From Candidatus Latescibacterota bacterium (GTDB lineage: Bacteria; Latescibacterota; UBA2968; UBA8231), in the NCBI GenBank assembly GCA_965203175.1, contig OZ241867.1:3136001-3200000 (forward strand): 64,000 nt of DNA. The letters are read 5' to 3'. Of the stretch, positions 47,079 to 57,104 are shown piece by piece. Position 1 is the stretch's first letter. Each line of letters begins with the position of its first letter. The notes beneath the pieces are model-generated. The model was not told where the DNA came from. It did no database searches and worked only from the letters and a program-made list of their open reading frames with translations. Made by a program: the position numbers and the translations under genes.

Positions 47079-48674
47079 ATGCGCATCGAAGTCTATGACT
47101 CCACCCTGCGGGACGGTGCCCAAGCCGAGGGCATTTCCTATTCGCTAGAGGACAAGCTACTGATCGCGCGGCGTCTCGACGCGCTGGGGGTCGATTACAT
47201 TGAAGGAGGCTGGCCCAATCCCACCAATCCCAAGGATCTGGCCTTTTTCCAGGAAGTGAAGAAGCTGGGTCTGAAGGCGCGAGTGACCGCCTTTGGCAGC
47301 ACGCGTCGGGCCGGCGTGGCCCCAGAGGAGGACGCGACCCTGAACACGCTGCTGAGGGCCGAGACCGACAGCGTTTGCATCTTTGGCAAAAGCTGGACTT
47401 TGCACGTCGTCGAGGCGCTCAAGACAACGCTAGAAGAAAATCTGAAGCTGATTGAAGACTCGGTCGCCTATCTGGTCGCGCACGGCCGCGAAGTGATCTA
47501 CGACGCCGAGCACTTTTTCGACGGTTATAAGGCCGACGCTGATTACGCGGTCGAGACCCTGTTGGCCGCCGAGCGCGGTGGAGCGCGGATTTTGGTGCTC
47601 TGCGATACCAATGGCGGTACCTTGACCAGCGAGATGGGCCAGATCGTCGAACAGGTTGCCGAGCGGATTGCGCTGCCCTTTGGCATCCACACGCACAACG
47701 ATGCTGGCGTGGGCGTGGCCAATACGCTCGTGGCCGTGGAGCGGGGCGCAGTGCAAGTGCAAGGAACTTTTAACGGCTATGGCGAGCGCTGCGGCAATGC
47801 CAACTTGTGCGCTATTCTGCCCAACTTGGAACTGAAGATGGGTTTCGAGACAGTGGGTCGCGAGAACCTTGCGGAGCTGATGGACTTCTCCCGCTTCCTC
47901 AGCGAGATCGCCAACGTCTATCACGACCACCGCCAGCCGTATGTCGGCGAGAGCGCGTTCGCCCACAAGGGAGGCGTCCACATCGACGCCATGATCAAGG
48001 ATCCGCGCTGCTACGAACACATCGATCCCATAGCCACGGGCAACGAGCGGCGGTTCTTGGTCTCCGACCAAGCGGGCGGTGCGACGGTCGTCAGCAAGCT
48101 GCGGCGATTTTTGCCCGACATAGAGAAGAGGGATCCGCTGGTGGGACGGGTCTTGGAGCGGGTCAAGCAGTTGGAGCACGAGGGCTATCAGTTCGAGGCG
48201 GCGGAGGGATCGTTTGAGTTGTTGGCGCGTCGGGTCCAAGGCACGTACGAGGACTTATTCACGCTGATCAACTTCCGCACTATCAACCGCAGGATCGGGG
48301 AGCACGCCGAAGAAGCCGAGGCCATTGTCAAGGTCGTCATCGGCGATGCCGAGTACCATATGGTCGCTGGCGGCGATGGTCCGGTCAACGCGCTCGACCA
48401 AGCACTGCGCAAGGCGCTGGAGCAGGAGTTCCCCGCGCTCAAGCAGGTGCATTTGGAAGACTACAAGGTGCGGGTGTTGTCGAGCAGCGACGGGACCGCG
48501 GCCAAGACGCGGGTATTGATCGAGTCGTCGGACGGCAAGGATGTGTGGGGTACGGTGGGAGTGTCGGAGAATGTGATCGAGGCGAGTTGGATCGCCTTGG
48601 CCGATAGTTTGCACTACAAGTTGATGAAGGACGCGCTGGCCGAGCTAGCTGTCGGCGCGACGGGAACGGACTGA
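47079..48674 (+). CDS. cimA: Citramalate synthase
   Basis: DSTLRDGAQ, FGKSW, YDAEHFFDG, CDTNGG. Confidence 0.92.
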   Translation: MRIEVYDSTLRDGAQAEGISYSLEDKLLIARRLDALGVDYIEGGWPNPTNPKDLAFFQEVKKLGLKARVTAFGSTRRAGVAPEEDATLNTLLRAETDSVCIFGKSWTLHVVEALKTTLEENLKLIEDSVAYLVAHGREVIYDAEHFFDGYKADADYAVETLLAAERGGARILVLCDTNGGTLTSEMGQIVEQVAERIALPFGIHTHNDAGVGVANTLVAVERGAVQVQGTFNGYGERCGNANLCAILPNLELKMGFETVGRENLAELMDFSRFLSEIANVYHDHRQPYVGESAFAHKGGVHIDAMIKDPRCYEHIDPIATGNERRFLVSDQAGGATVVSKLRRFLPDIEKRDPLVGRVLERVKQLEHEGYQFEAAEGSFELLARRVQGTYEDLFTLINFRTINRRIGEHAEEAEAIVKVVIGDAEYHMVAGGDGPVNALDQALRKALEQEFPALKQVHLEDYKVRVLSSSDGTAAKTRVLIESSDGKDVWGTVGVSENVIEASWIALADSLHYKLMKDALAELAVGATGTD

Positions 48675-48679
48675 GTGCT

Positions 48680-49873
48680 ATGAGAATTATCGAGGGCGGT
48701 GGGGTCACTGCGCCGAGTGGGTACCGGGCGGCTGGCATCCAGACGGGTGTTAAGGAGTCGGGCACTAAGGATTTGGCGCTGGTGTATTCGACGCGCCCGG
48801 CGAATGCCGCTGCGGTGTACACCACCAACAAGGTGCAGGGTGCGCCGATTGCCATCGACCGCGAGCACCTCGCCGATGGCAAGGCGCGGGCCGTCATTCT
48901 CAACAGCGGCAACGCCAATGTCTGCAACGGCGACGTCGGCTTGGACCACGCCCGGCGGATGTGCGCCTTGACGGCGAGCGAGTTGGGTCTGCAAACGGAA
49001 GAAGTGCTGGTCTGTTCCACCGGCTTGATCGGCGTGCCGCTGCCGATTGACAAAATCGAAGCGGGTATCCCGCAGATCGTTGCGGCGTTGTCCGAGGACG
49101 GTGGTGCGACTGCCGCTGAGGCGATCATGACTACGGACACCGTGCCGAAGAGTTGTGCTGTCGAGGTCGAGTTGGAAGCGGGCCGCGCCGTCGTTGGGGC
49201 GATGGCCAAAGGAGCGGCGATGATCGCACCCAACATGGCGACGATGCTGGCGGTGGTGACCACGGACGCGGCTGTGCCCAGCGGACCATTGCAGGAACTG
49301 CTGTCGCAGGCCATCCAGCGCACGTTTAACTGCATTACGGTTGACGGTGACATGAGTACGAGTGACACGGTGATCCTGATGGCCAATGGCGACGGCGCGG
49401 AGTTAGGCGAACGCGATTGTGAGCGCCTCTACGAGGGCATTGAGTACGCGTGTCGGCAGATGGCCCAGGCGATCGCGCGCGATGCCGAGGGGTCGTCCAA
49501 GCTGATTACCATAGCGGTGCGCGGTGCCGCCACTGAAGCGGAGGCGAGACAAGTCGGCATTGCGGTGGCCAATTCGAGCTTGGTGAAGACCGCGGCGTTT
49601 GGCAACGATCCCAACTGGGGACGCATTCTGTGCGCGATGGGGTACGCTGGCGTCGAGTTCAATCCCGAGACCGCGCGCGTGTCGCTGTGCGGCACCGACA
49701 TCTACGGCAACGGTGCCGGTCTCGATTTTGACGGAGATAAGCTGAGTGCGACCATGCAGGCCGAGGAAATGGCCATTGACATCGACTTGGCGATGGGCCA
49801 GGCCGCGGCTGAAATTTTTACCTGCGATCTGACGTACGAGTACGTGCGCCTGAACGCCGAATACACTACCTGA
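48680..49873 (+). CDS. argJ: Glutamate N-acetyltransferase ArgJ
   Basis: NSGNAN, STGLIG, IMTTDT, PNMATML, DPNWGRI. Confidence 0.96.
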   Translation: MRIIEGGGVTAPSGYRAAGIQTGVKESGTKDLALVYSTRPANAAAVYTTNKVQGAPIAIDREHLADGKARAVILNSGNANVCNGDVGLDHARRMCALTASELGLQTEEVLVCSTGLIGVPLPIDKIEAGIPQIVAALSEDGGATAAEAIMTTDTVPKSCAVEVELEAGRAVVGAMAKGAAMIAPNMATMLAVVTTDAAVPSGPLQELLSQAIQRTFNCITVDGDMSTSDTVILMANGDGAELGERDCERLYEGIEYACRQMAQAIARDAEGSSKLITIAVRGAATEAEARQVGIAVANSSLVKTAAFGNDPNWGRILCAMGYAGVEFNPETARVSLCGTDIYGNGAGLDFDGDKLSATMQAEEMAIDIDLAMGQAAAEIFTCDLTYEYVRLNAEYTT

Positions 49874-49879
49874 GGAACT

Positions 49880-51061
49880 ATGCCACTTTCGCACAATGTA
49901 CAGCGCGTCCAGCCGTCGGTCACCATGCAGATTTCGGCGCGGGCTGCGGCCATGCAGCGCGCTGGTATCGATGTGGTTTCCCTGTCGGCGGGCGAGCCGG
50001 ATTTCGATACGCCGCAAAACGTCAAAGACGCTGGCATCCGCGCCATTGCCGAGGGCTTTACCAAGTACACCACGCCGGGGTCGGGGATCATCGAGCTCAA
50101 GGAGGCGATCTGCCGCAAATTCGAGCGCGACAACGGCTTGGTTTACACAACCGACGAAGTGATCGTCAACAACGGTGCCAAGCACTCGCTCTTTTTGGCA
50201 GTGGCGGCGCTGGTCAACGCTGGCGACGAGGTCATCATCCCCACGCCCTATTGGGTGACCTACTGCGAGCAGCCGCGGATAGTGGGCGGCGAGCCAGTGA
50301 TTGTCGAGACCCAAGCTGCCAACGGTCTCAAGCTGACTGCGGACGAGTTCCGCGCCGCCATCACGCCCCGCACGCGGATGCTTTTTTTGTGCTCGCCGTC
50401 CAATCCCAGCGGCGCGGTGTACACCCGCGAGGAGTTGGAGAGCTTGGCGGCAGTGGCCGTCGAGCACGAGGTCTATGTGCTCAGCGACGAGATTTACGAG
50501 AAGCTGATCTACGACGGGGCCGAGCACCACTCGATTGCCGCTTGTAGCCCGGAGGCCAAGGAATTCAGCATTGTGGTCAATGGAGTGTCCAAGGCCTATT
50601 CGATGACCGGCTGGCGCATCGGCTACACGGGGGCCAGCGAGGAGATCATCGCCGGAATGAACAAGGTGCAAAGCCAGGAAGTGTCGCACCCTTCGTCGAT
50701 GGCACAGAAAGCGGCTGTCGAGGCGCTCGACGGCCCGCAGGAGTCGGTCGAGGAAATGCGCCAAGCCTTTGATGCGCGGCGGCGCTACATGGTCGAGCGC
50801 CTCAACGCCATCGATGGCGTGGAATGTGTGTTGCCGTCGGGGGCCTTTTATGCCTATCCCGACGTCTCCGCGTACTACGGCAGCCAGGTCCGCGACTCAG
50901 TGGCATTGTGCGAGTATTTGCTTGAAGAGGCCAAGGTGGCCTGTGTGCCTGGCGCTGGCTTTGGCACCTACGAGCACATCCGCCTCTCCTACGCCACGTC
51001 GCTGGACCTGCTTGAAAAGGCGTTGGACCGAGTTGAGGCCGCGCTGGGCGCGTTGGCGTGA
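49880..51061 (+). CDS. PLP-dependent class I (aspartate) aminotransferase
   Basis: GEPDFDTP, SNPSG, DEIYE, SKAYSMTGWRIG. Confidence 0.93.
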   Translation: MPLSHNVQRVQPSVTMQISARAAAMQRAGIDVVSLSAGEPDFDTPQNVKDAGIRAIAEGFTKYTTPGSGIIELKEAICRKFERDNGLVYTTDEVIVNNGAKHSLFLAVAALVNAGDEVIIPTPYWVTYCEQPRIVGGEPVIVETQAANGLKLTADEFRAAITPRTRMLFLCSPSNPSGAVYTREELESLAAVAVEHEVYVLSDEIYEKLIYDGAEHHSIAACSPEAKEFSIVVNGVSKAYSMTGWRIGYTGASEEIIAGMNKVQSQEVSHPSSMAQKAAVEALDGPQESVEEMRQAFDARRRYMVERLNAIDGVECVLPSGAFYAYPDVSAYYGSQVRDSVALCEYLLEEAKVACVPGAGFGTYEHIRLSYATSLDLLEKALDRVEAALGALA

Positions 51062-51114
51062 ATAGGGGATTGCCAATTGCGAATTCGCAATTGCTAACCT
51101 AGGAGGTTTGTCCC

Positions 51115-52077
51115 GTGAATAAAAATGGATTTTACCTCGATTTTGAACGCGATCTCGTCGAGCTAGAAAAGAAAATCGACGACCTAAAAGAACAGGCCAA
51201 GACCAATGGCTTGAATTTGGATGAGGGCGTGCGCAAGCTCGAGACGCAGGCCGCGAAGAAGCGCCGAGAGATCTACAACAATCTCACCCCTTGGCAGCAG
51301 GTGCAGATTGCGCGGCACCCGCATCGCCCCTACGCGCTCGATTACGTCGAGCGGATGCTTTCTGACTTCACCGAGCTACACGGCGACCGCTTCTTTGCCG
51401 ACGACGCTTCCATCATTGGCGGCCCGGCGCGGCTGGACGACGAATCGGTCATGGTCATCGGCATCCAGAGCGGGCGCAACCTCGAAGAGCGGCAAAAGCG
51501 CAACTTTGGCATGCCGCATCCAGAAGGATATCGCAAGGCCCGACGCCTGATGCAGATGGCGGCCAAGTTCAATTTGCCGATCTTGACCTTGGTCGATACA
51601 TCGGGTGCCTATCCTGGGATCCAGGCCGAGGAGCGGGGCCAAGCCGAGGCCATCGCCCGCAACCTCTACGAAATGTCGCATCTGCCGGTACCCATCGTCG
51701 TGGCCATCATCGGCCAGGCCTTCAGCGGCGGTGCCATTGGCATTACGGTCGGCGACCGGATCCTGATGCTGGAGCACGCCTGTTATTCAGTGATTGTGCC
51801 GGAGAGTTGCTCGACGATCTTGTTCAAGGTGCGCGAGCGCAGGGAGGAAGCGGCTGAGGCTCTCAGGCTCACGGCTAAAGATCTGAAGCAGCAGGGGATC
51901 ATCGACCGCATCGTGCCGGAGCCGTTGGGTGGAGCGCACCACGATTGGGATAATACGGCCTCCGCGCTCAAGCGTTGCGTACAAGATGCGCTAGCCGAGC
52001 TTCAGCGACTCGATCCAGAAGAGCTAATCGCTCAGCGGCTGGATAAGTTCGCGGCGATGGCGCGCTTTGAGGAGTAG
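51115..52077 (+). CDS. accA: Acetyl-CoA carboxylase carboxyltransferase alpha
   Basis: ARHPHRP, ELHGDR, FGMPHPEGYRKA, AEERGQ, EPLGGAH. Confidence 0.96.
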   Translation: MNKNGFYLDFERDLVELEKKIDDLKEQAKTNGLNLDEGVRKLETQAAKKRREIYNNLTPWQQVQIARHPHRPYALDYVERMLSDFTELHGDRFFADDASIIGGPARLDDESVMVIGIQSGRNLEERQKRNFGMPHPEGYRKARRLMQMAAKFNLPILTLVDTSGAYPGIQAEERGQAEAIARNLYEMSHLPVPIVVAIIGQAFSGGAIGITVGDRILMLEHACYSVIVPESCSTILFKVRERREEAAEALRLTAKDLKQQGIIDRIVPEPLGGAHHDWDNTASALKRCVQDALAELQRLDPEELIAQRLDKFAAMARFEE

Positions 52078-52100
52078 TCCCAACGTTTGGGAACTGCGCT

Positions 52101-53240
52101 TCAATTGACAGTACCGGCACTTGCCTCTCTCCGCCACCGCTCAAGTGGGTGTTCGCGCGGCGTTAGCGGCATGTACACCCGTGCCTGGCGCCGATGTGAC
52201 TCCCACGTCGCCTGTATCATTTCGAGACAATCCCGACCATCCCTGCCGCTGGCAAACGGTTCCCGGTCTTCCTCAATGGCGGCGATGAGATCGCGCAGCA
52301 TGAGGCGTTGCAAGAGCAAGCGTATGGATGTCCGATCGCGTGGATTGCCGTGCTCGTCGAGGTCTTCGGCTGGCAGATGCACGGGTTCCCACGCCTCGGC
52401 CGGCGTCTTGTGTTGTCCTTTGTGGATAAACATCGTCGTGCCCACGCTCTCCCGCACGGCGATGCGCCCTTCGGTGCCGATGATGTCAATGCCGTAGCCG
52501 TTGTCGTTGGTCTGCGGCTGGGCGAGGAACTGCACATCTGCATGGATGCCGTTGGCAAAGCGGAACGAGGCGTGTCCGCGCTCGCCGAGCACAATCCCCG
52601 CATCGCGGTCTTTCGGGTGCACCTCTTGGGTGTGTTTGATGTCATCGACAGTTGACTCGCGTCCATCCATCTGCACGAGGTGCGCGTGCGTCCACTCGAC
52701 ATCACCGCCAAAGAGACGCACCCAATCGTAGAGATGGGTGCCCATTTCCATCAGCGAGTTGCCCACCTTGCGGCCCCCTTTGTCGGTTGCCTGCAGTAAC
52801 ACCACTTGGCCGATTGCGCCTTGGTCGATCAGCGAGAGGGCGTGGCGGTTGTACGGGCTGGCGCGTTTGATGTGGTTAATGGCAAACTTGACGCCGTGCT
52901 GGTCGCAGGTTGCAACCATCTCGTCGGCTTCGATGAGATTCAGGGCAATCGGCTTTTCGCAGAACACGTGGATGCCGCGCTGGGCTGCGGCAATCGTCGG
53001 CTGGTGGTGCATGGGTGCTTGCGTTGGGACGATGACGAGGTCGGGCTGTTGCTCATCGAGCATTTTCTCGTAGTCGTCGTAGAGGGCTTGGATGCCAAAG
53101 CGCTCTCCCCATGCCGCCGCCCGCTCGGGGTCGATTTCTGCTCCGGCGACTAGTTCGCAGTTTGCCTCTAACTGTACGGCCTCCGCATGGTGCCCGCCCA
53201 TGCCGCCGAGGCCGATAATCGCAATGCGGTAGTTGTTCAT
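52101..53240 (-). CDS. Gfo/Idh/MocA oxidoreductase
   Basis: IIGLGGMG, HVFCEKPI, MGTH. Confidence 0.9.
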   Translation of the reverse strand: MNNYRIAIIGLGGMGGHHAEAVQLEANCELVAGAEIDPERAAAWGERFGIQALYDDYEKMLDEQQPDLVIVPTQAPMHHQPTIAAAQRGIHVFCEKPIALNLIEADEMVATCDQHGVKFAINHIKRASPYNRHALSLIDQGAIGQVVLLQATDKGGRKVGNSLMEMGTHLYDWVRLFGGDVEWTHAHLVQMDGRESTVDDIKHTQEVHPKDRDAGIVLGERGHASFRFANGIHADVQFLAQPQTNDNGYGIDIIGTEGRIAVRESVGTTMFIHKGQHKTPAEAWEPVHLPAEDLDEHGNPRDRTSIRLLLQRLMLRDLIAAIEEDREPFASGRDGRDCLEMIQATWESHRRQARVYMPLTPREHPLERWRREASAGTVN

Positions 53241-53297
53241 AAAGATGTCTCATCGTTCACGCCTACGATTGTCTCGTAGGCGCGAACTCTATTTGGC

Positions 53298-54173
53298 TCA
53301 GGCGCGCCGCAAGCGGTCGAAGAGCCGCTCTAGGCGGTCGAAGGCGAGGCGGATCATGTCTTCGTCCCAGTCGCCGTCAATTTTGATCTGGACCATGGAC
53401 TGGAGGGTTTCTAGATAGGCTCGTTGCGTCTCGGTTAAGGGGCGTTCTTGGCGGTCTGAGCGTTCGGACCGTTCCGAACGGTCTTGTCGTTCTTGTTGTT
53501 GTCGCTCTTGTCGTTCGGAAGTGGTGCGCTTGGTGCGTCCGTCGCGCCCGGAGCGCTCCTTGGGGGCGGGTTCGCGGACGCTGCGAGCCTCTTTTTTAGG
53601 CGCAGGCGCGGGTTCGGGAGTTTCTTCTTGGGGTTCGGGTTCGGCGACCGCTTCCTCTTGCGGGGCGGAGGGGTCGCCAAAATCGGCTTCGGCGATGAGA
53701 TACTTGAAAAACATCTTCATCTTGTTGGCCGAATCGCGCCCCATGCCGGTGCGATTGCGGAAGTAATCGACAATCGCGTCGTCGCTCATGTTGCCGTTGT
53801 TCTGCTCCCACTCTGGCAGCAGGTCTTTGTAGAGGTCGCGGATCACTTCGGCGATGGCGAATTTGCGCGTCTCCTTGGGGACTATCCGCAACAGTAGGTC
53901 CGTGGGCTTTTGGTCGCGGTCGGTCAGGTTCATGGACTCGATGCCGCGCAAAAAGCGGTGAATCATCGACGGGGTGCGAATAATAGGCCGCACGTAGTCG
54001 CGGTCGATTTGGTCGGGGATCTTGGTCTCCAGCCGCGAGAGGAACCGCTCGAACTGCACCTTGGTGATGTAGGGAAACCATGCCCGGTCCTGCCGGCCGC
54101 CATTTTCCCCTGATCCTTCTTCTACTGTCGTCTCAGCGGCGTCTTGGCGTACTTCTTCCATTGTCGTCTCCAT
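53298..54173 (-). CDS. DUF5343-like protein with charged low-complexity linker
   Basis: PYIT...IPDQIDRDYV...NLTDRDQKPT pattern followed by an E/P- then R/E/Q-rich linker. Confidence 0.6.
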   Translation of the reverse strand: METTMEEVRQDAAETTVEEGSGENGGRQDRAWFPYITKVQFERFLSRLETKIPDQIDRDYVRPIIRTPSMIHRFLRGIESMNLTDRDQKPTDLLLRIVPKETRKFAIAEVIRDLYKDLLPEWEQNNGNMSDDAIVDYFRNRTGMGRDSANKMKMFFKYLIAEADFGDPSAPQEEAVAEPEPQEETPEPAPAPKKEARSVREPAPKERSGRDGRTKRTTSERQERQQQERQDRSERSERSDRQERPLTETQRAYLETLQSMVQIKIDGDWDEDMIRLAFDRLERLFDRLRRA

Positions 54174-54199
54174 TCGATAAGTTGATATGTCTCCGGGCG

Positions 54200-54559
54200 T
54201 TAGGGCTGCGGGGCAAATTCGGCCGTTACGACGGCGGAAATGCCTCCGCGCACATTGAATTCTCCCACTACGGTCATGCGCCGCGGCGCGCAGGCGGCCA
54301 CCAAATCATTGAGAATGGTGTTGGTGACCGCTTCGTAGTAAGCGCCTTCTTGGCGAAAGGACCACAGGTAGAGCTTGAGCGATTTGAGCTCAATGCACTG
54401 TTGGTCGGGCACGTAGCGGATGTGGATGGTGCCGAAATCAGGTTGCCCGGTTACGGGACATATCGAAGTGAATTCCGGACACGAGAATTCGATTGTGTAG
54501 TCGCGGTCCGGATAGGGATTGGCAAAAACCGCTAGGTCTTTGCTCGGCTCGGTAGCCAT
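54200..54559 (-). CDS. queF: preQ1 synthase (type I)
   Basis: [28 protein letters not shown]. Confidence 0.95.
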   Translation of the reverse strand: MATEPSKDLAVFANPYPDRDYTIEFSCPEFTSICPVTGQPDFGTIHIRYVPDQQCIELKSLKLYLWSFRQEGAYYEAVTNTILNDLVAACAPRRMTVVGEFNVRGGISAVVTAEFAPQP

Positions 54560-54609
54560 GAAAATTTCGTCTCCTAACAGCCTAAAAACACTTAAAGATA
54601 AGGCCAAAT

Positions 54610-54652
54610 GGGTGACTTGGCTATGCCGAGACAAAGCACTCGATGACGTTTG
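54610..54652. repeat. 43-bp direct repeat of 55507-55549 (3' end of upstream gene)
   Basis: GGGTGACTTGGCTATGCCGAGACAAAGCACTCGATGACGTTTG vs GGGTGCCTTGGCTATGCTGCGCCAAAGCGCTCGATGACGTTTG, 38/43 identical. Confidence 0.82.
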
Positions 54653-54668
54653 CAGGGCACTGTGAAGA

Positions 54669-55082
54669 CTACCGGTACGTGAACGGGTTTATGACCCGGA
54701 GGCCATCGTAGTCCTGTTCCGAACTGAGGTCCTCAGAATAGATCACGTCGCAGCCGAGGGTCTGGGCTGCGGCAAGGATCGCGCCGTCCCAATAAGACAG
54801 CCGAAAGCGTCGGCTGATGGCCACGGCCTCCAGAAAAACGTCCATCGTCATGGTCTGAATCCGGAACAGCAGAATCGGCTCTAGGAATTGCAATGCTCTA
54901 TTGCCAGAAAGACTGCGGATCCGTGTCGGCCGGGTGGCTTGGTGATAGAATTCCTGCAGCACCTGAACGGACGCGGCGAGGTCGGGTTCTATCAGGACTT
55001 CCCGCGCCCGGGCCCGCTTGTCGGCCTCCTCCGGGACCTCGCTGACAGCGTACAGCAGGACATTAGTATCTACGAATCGCAT
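54669..55082 (-). CDS. VapC-like PIN-domain toxin
   Basis: [27 protein letters not shown]...NPF. Confidence 0.92.
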   Translation of the reverse strand: MRFVDTNVLLYAVSEVPEEADKRARAREVLIEPDLAASVQVLQEFYHQATRPTRIRSLSGNRALQFLEPILLFRIQTMTMDVFLEAVAISRRFRLSYWDGAILAAAQTLGCDVIYSEDLSSEQDYDGLRVINPFTYR

Positions 55083-55432
55083 GGCGAGGTTTTGAGTGCT
55101 TCGGAGATGCTGCGCTGCCGCTCGCGCTCGGCGACAGCCTCGGCCCTTGCCGCGACGCGGTCGTACAACGCCTCTCTGGGCAGGTTGTCGGACATCCGCA
55201 ACCCAATACCCTGCCCATCGAAGTCCGCGAGCACTTCCCGCAGCAGCCTGCACCGACGCTGATAGATGGTTTCGCTAGACTCGGCACTAGCTTCGCCCCC
55301 CGCATCCGGATCCGCCGCCAGATGTCTCAGGTAGTCTCGCACAAGGGCCGATACCGAGGTGTCCAATTCCGCCGCCCGGATGCGGGCGAGCCGGTGGGTC
55401 TGTTCGTCGATGGATACGGTGATGTTCTTCAT
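55070..55432 (-). CDS. Ribbon-helix-helix antitoxin
   Basis: MKNITVSID...ARIRAAELDTSVSALVRDYL and REALYDR; overlaps the toxin start. Confidence 0.88.
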   Translation of the reverse strand: MKNITVSIDEQTHRLARIRAAELDTSVSALVRDYLRHLAADPDAGGEASAESSETIYQRRCRLLREVLADFDGQGIGLRMSDNLPREALYDRVAARAEAVAERERQRSISEALKTSPCDS

Positions 55433-55517
55433 ATTCACAGTTTCACAGTTTCTGTGTAGCACAATATAGGTGCTCATTGGCCGATGGGCAATGCCTGCGG
55501 CGGCGCGGGTGCCTTGG

Positions 55518-57101
55518 CTATGCTGCGCCAAAGCGCTCGATGACGTTTGTGGTAATGCGCGAGACAGTCTCGTCCACGAGAATCGAGGCTGGATAGGTGA
55601 TGGAGCCGACGGAAAAAACCGCGCCGCCGCTCTCCGTCTCGTAATAGACCATTTCCGCGCCGCCGCGATCTGGATTGAGGCCGCGGGCGATGATTTCGAT
55701 GTTGGGGGGCGAAGAGGGCGAGGTCTTGTCGGTCTCGTGGCCGGAAGCGCCGCCGGGTACCCGCTCGTGCAGGCTGGCCTCGCCGAAGGTCTCGCCGTTT
55801 TTGACGCCTGTGTTGGCGAAAATCCAGTGGTCGGCGTCGAGGACTTGATACGGCGCAGCCGTCATAATGCCCGCAGTGGTACAGACCACGCCGAGCAGGT
55901 TGGCCTCGGACTCGTGGTACTGATGAAAGCGGCTCTCGTGGCCCTCGGCCCGCTGGATGCGCGCGTGGCCGTTTTTGACCTTCATCGTCTGCTCGTCGAG
56001 CATCTCCACTTCGCAGTTGAGGCCGTTGCCTCCCAAGTACATGAGTTTGCCGCCGCGCTCGCGCACCCACGCCTTGAGGTCGTAGTACATCTTGCGCGAC
56101 CAGTACTCGGGATGGGTGGTGATGATGAGGATTTTGTACTGGTCGAGGTCGAGCTGGTCAAAGTGAAATTGGGTCTCGGCGTACAGGTCGTAGGCATAAC
56201 CCTCGCGCTCCATCCAGCCGAGGAAGCGCCACTCGGCCGGGGCCACGTGCGAGGCCGAGCGTCCCGCGATGGGGTCGGTGATCTCTGTGCCCTCGGGAAC
56301 GTGGTTGAGCGGCTCGGGCCGGTCGAAGGAGAGGGGGGCGTAGTCCTCGGCGTCGAAGTTGAGGTGCTCGCGGTCGGTGTAGCGCTTCAGTTCTAGGCGG
56401 GCATTGATCGTGGGCGTGGGCGGAAAGCAGTCGGCGTGGATGTAGTTGGAGCGCCCGCCGAAGTTGTTGTACGCGTTCCAGTTGATGTTGGCGGCGAGGA
56501 CTGCGATGTCCGCGCTGGGGGCGGCTGGGGCGACGATCCAGGGAAAGGAGAAAAATGCGCCGGACTCGCCTTTGGCGTGGAAGTAGTACAGGCCAGAGCG
56601 TTCCGGCGCGGTGACGAATTGTTTGTGGTTGGGGCTGGTGTAACCAAACTTGTTCCACGTCACCCCGGTCTGGGTGTAGTCGCCGTCCGGAGTGATCTGC
56701 ATGGTGGCGCGCGGCCCGTGCTCGTCGAACCAGCCCAGCGGGCGGATGTGCTCTTTTTCCCAGCCGTAGCGCCACAAATCGAGGCGGTAGGCTTCGAGCG
56801 CGTGGACGCGGAACTCGGATTGCTCGCCCGCTTGGACCCACTTGGGCCAGGCGTAGCCGAGCAACTGATGCGCGAGCAAGCGGAATTGGTGCGGCCGCTC
56901 GGGGTGGATGTTGATCTGCCCGCGCTTGGGGCCGAAGCCATCTTTTTGCAAGGTCACGGTGTAGGGGCCGGGGGGAACGTCGGCGAAGACCTCGCCGGTG
57001 GCCCGCGAGCGGGTTTCGACGTGCAGGTCTTCGTTGGCGATTTCGAACTGCACGTCGTGCAGGGCGATGTAGCGTTCGTCGCTGACGTAGCCGATTAGCA
57101 T
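55518..57101 (-). CDS. N,N-dimethylformamidase beta-subunit-like protein with N-terminal carboxypeptidase-regulatory-like domain
   Basis: WNAYNNFGG, HPEYWS, YLGGN, GHETD, GAVFSVGSI. Confidence 0.8.
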   Translation of the reverse strand: MLIGYVSDERYIALHDVQFEIANEDLHVETRSRATGEVFADVPPGPYTVTLQKDGFGPKRGQINIHPERPHQFRLLAHQLLGYAWPKWVQAGEQSEFRVHALEAYRLDLWRYGWEKEHIRPLGWFDEHGPRATMQITPDGDYTQTGVTWNKFGYTSPNHKQFVTAPERSGLYYFHAKGESGAFFSFPWIVAPAAPSADIAVLAANINWNAYNNFGGRSNYIHADCFPPTPTINARLELKRYTDREHLNFDAEDYAPLSFDRPEPLNHVPEGTEITDPIAGRSASHVAPAEWRFLGWMEREGYAYDLYAETQFHFDQLDLDQYKILIITTHPEYWSRKMYYDLKAWVRERGGKLMYLGGNGLNCEVEMLDEQTMKVKNGHARIQRAEGHESRFHQYHESEANLLGVVCTTAGIMTAAPYQVLDADHWIFANTGVKNGETFGEASLHERVPGGASGHETDKTSPSSPPNIEIIARGLNPDRGGAEMVYYETESGGAVFSVGSITYPASILVDETVSRITTNVIERFGAA

Positions 57102-57104
57102 GGG

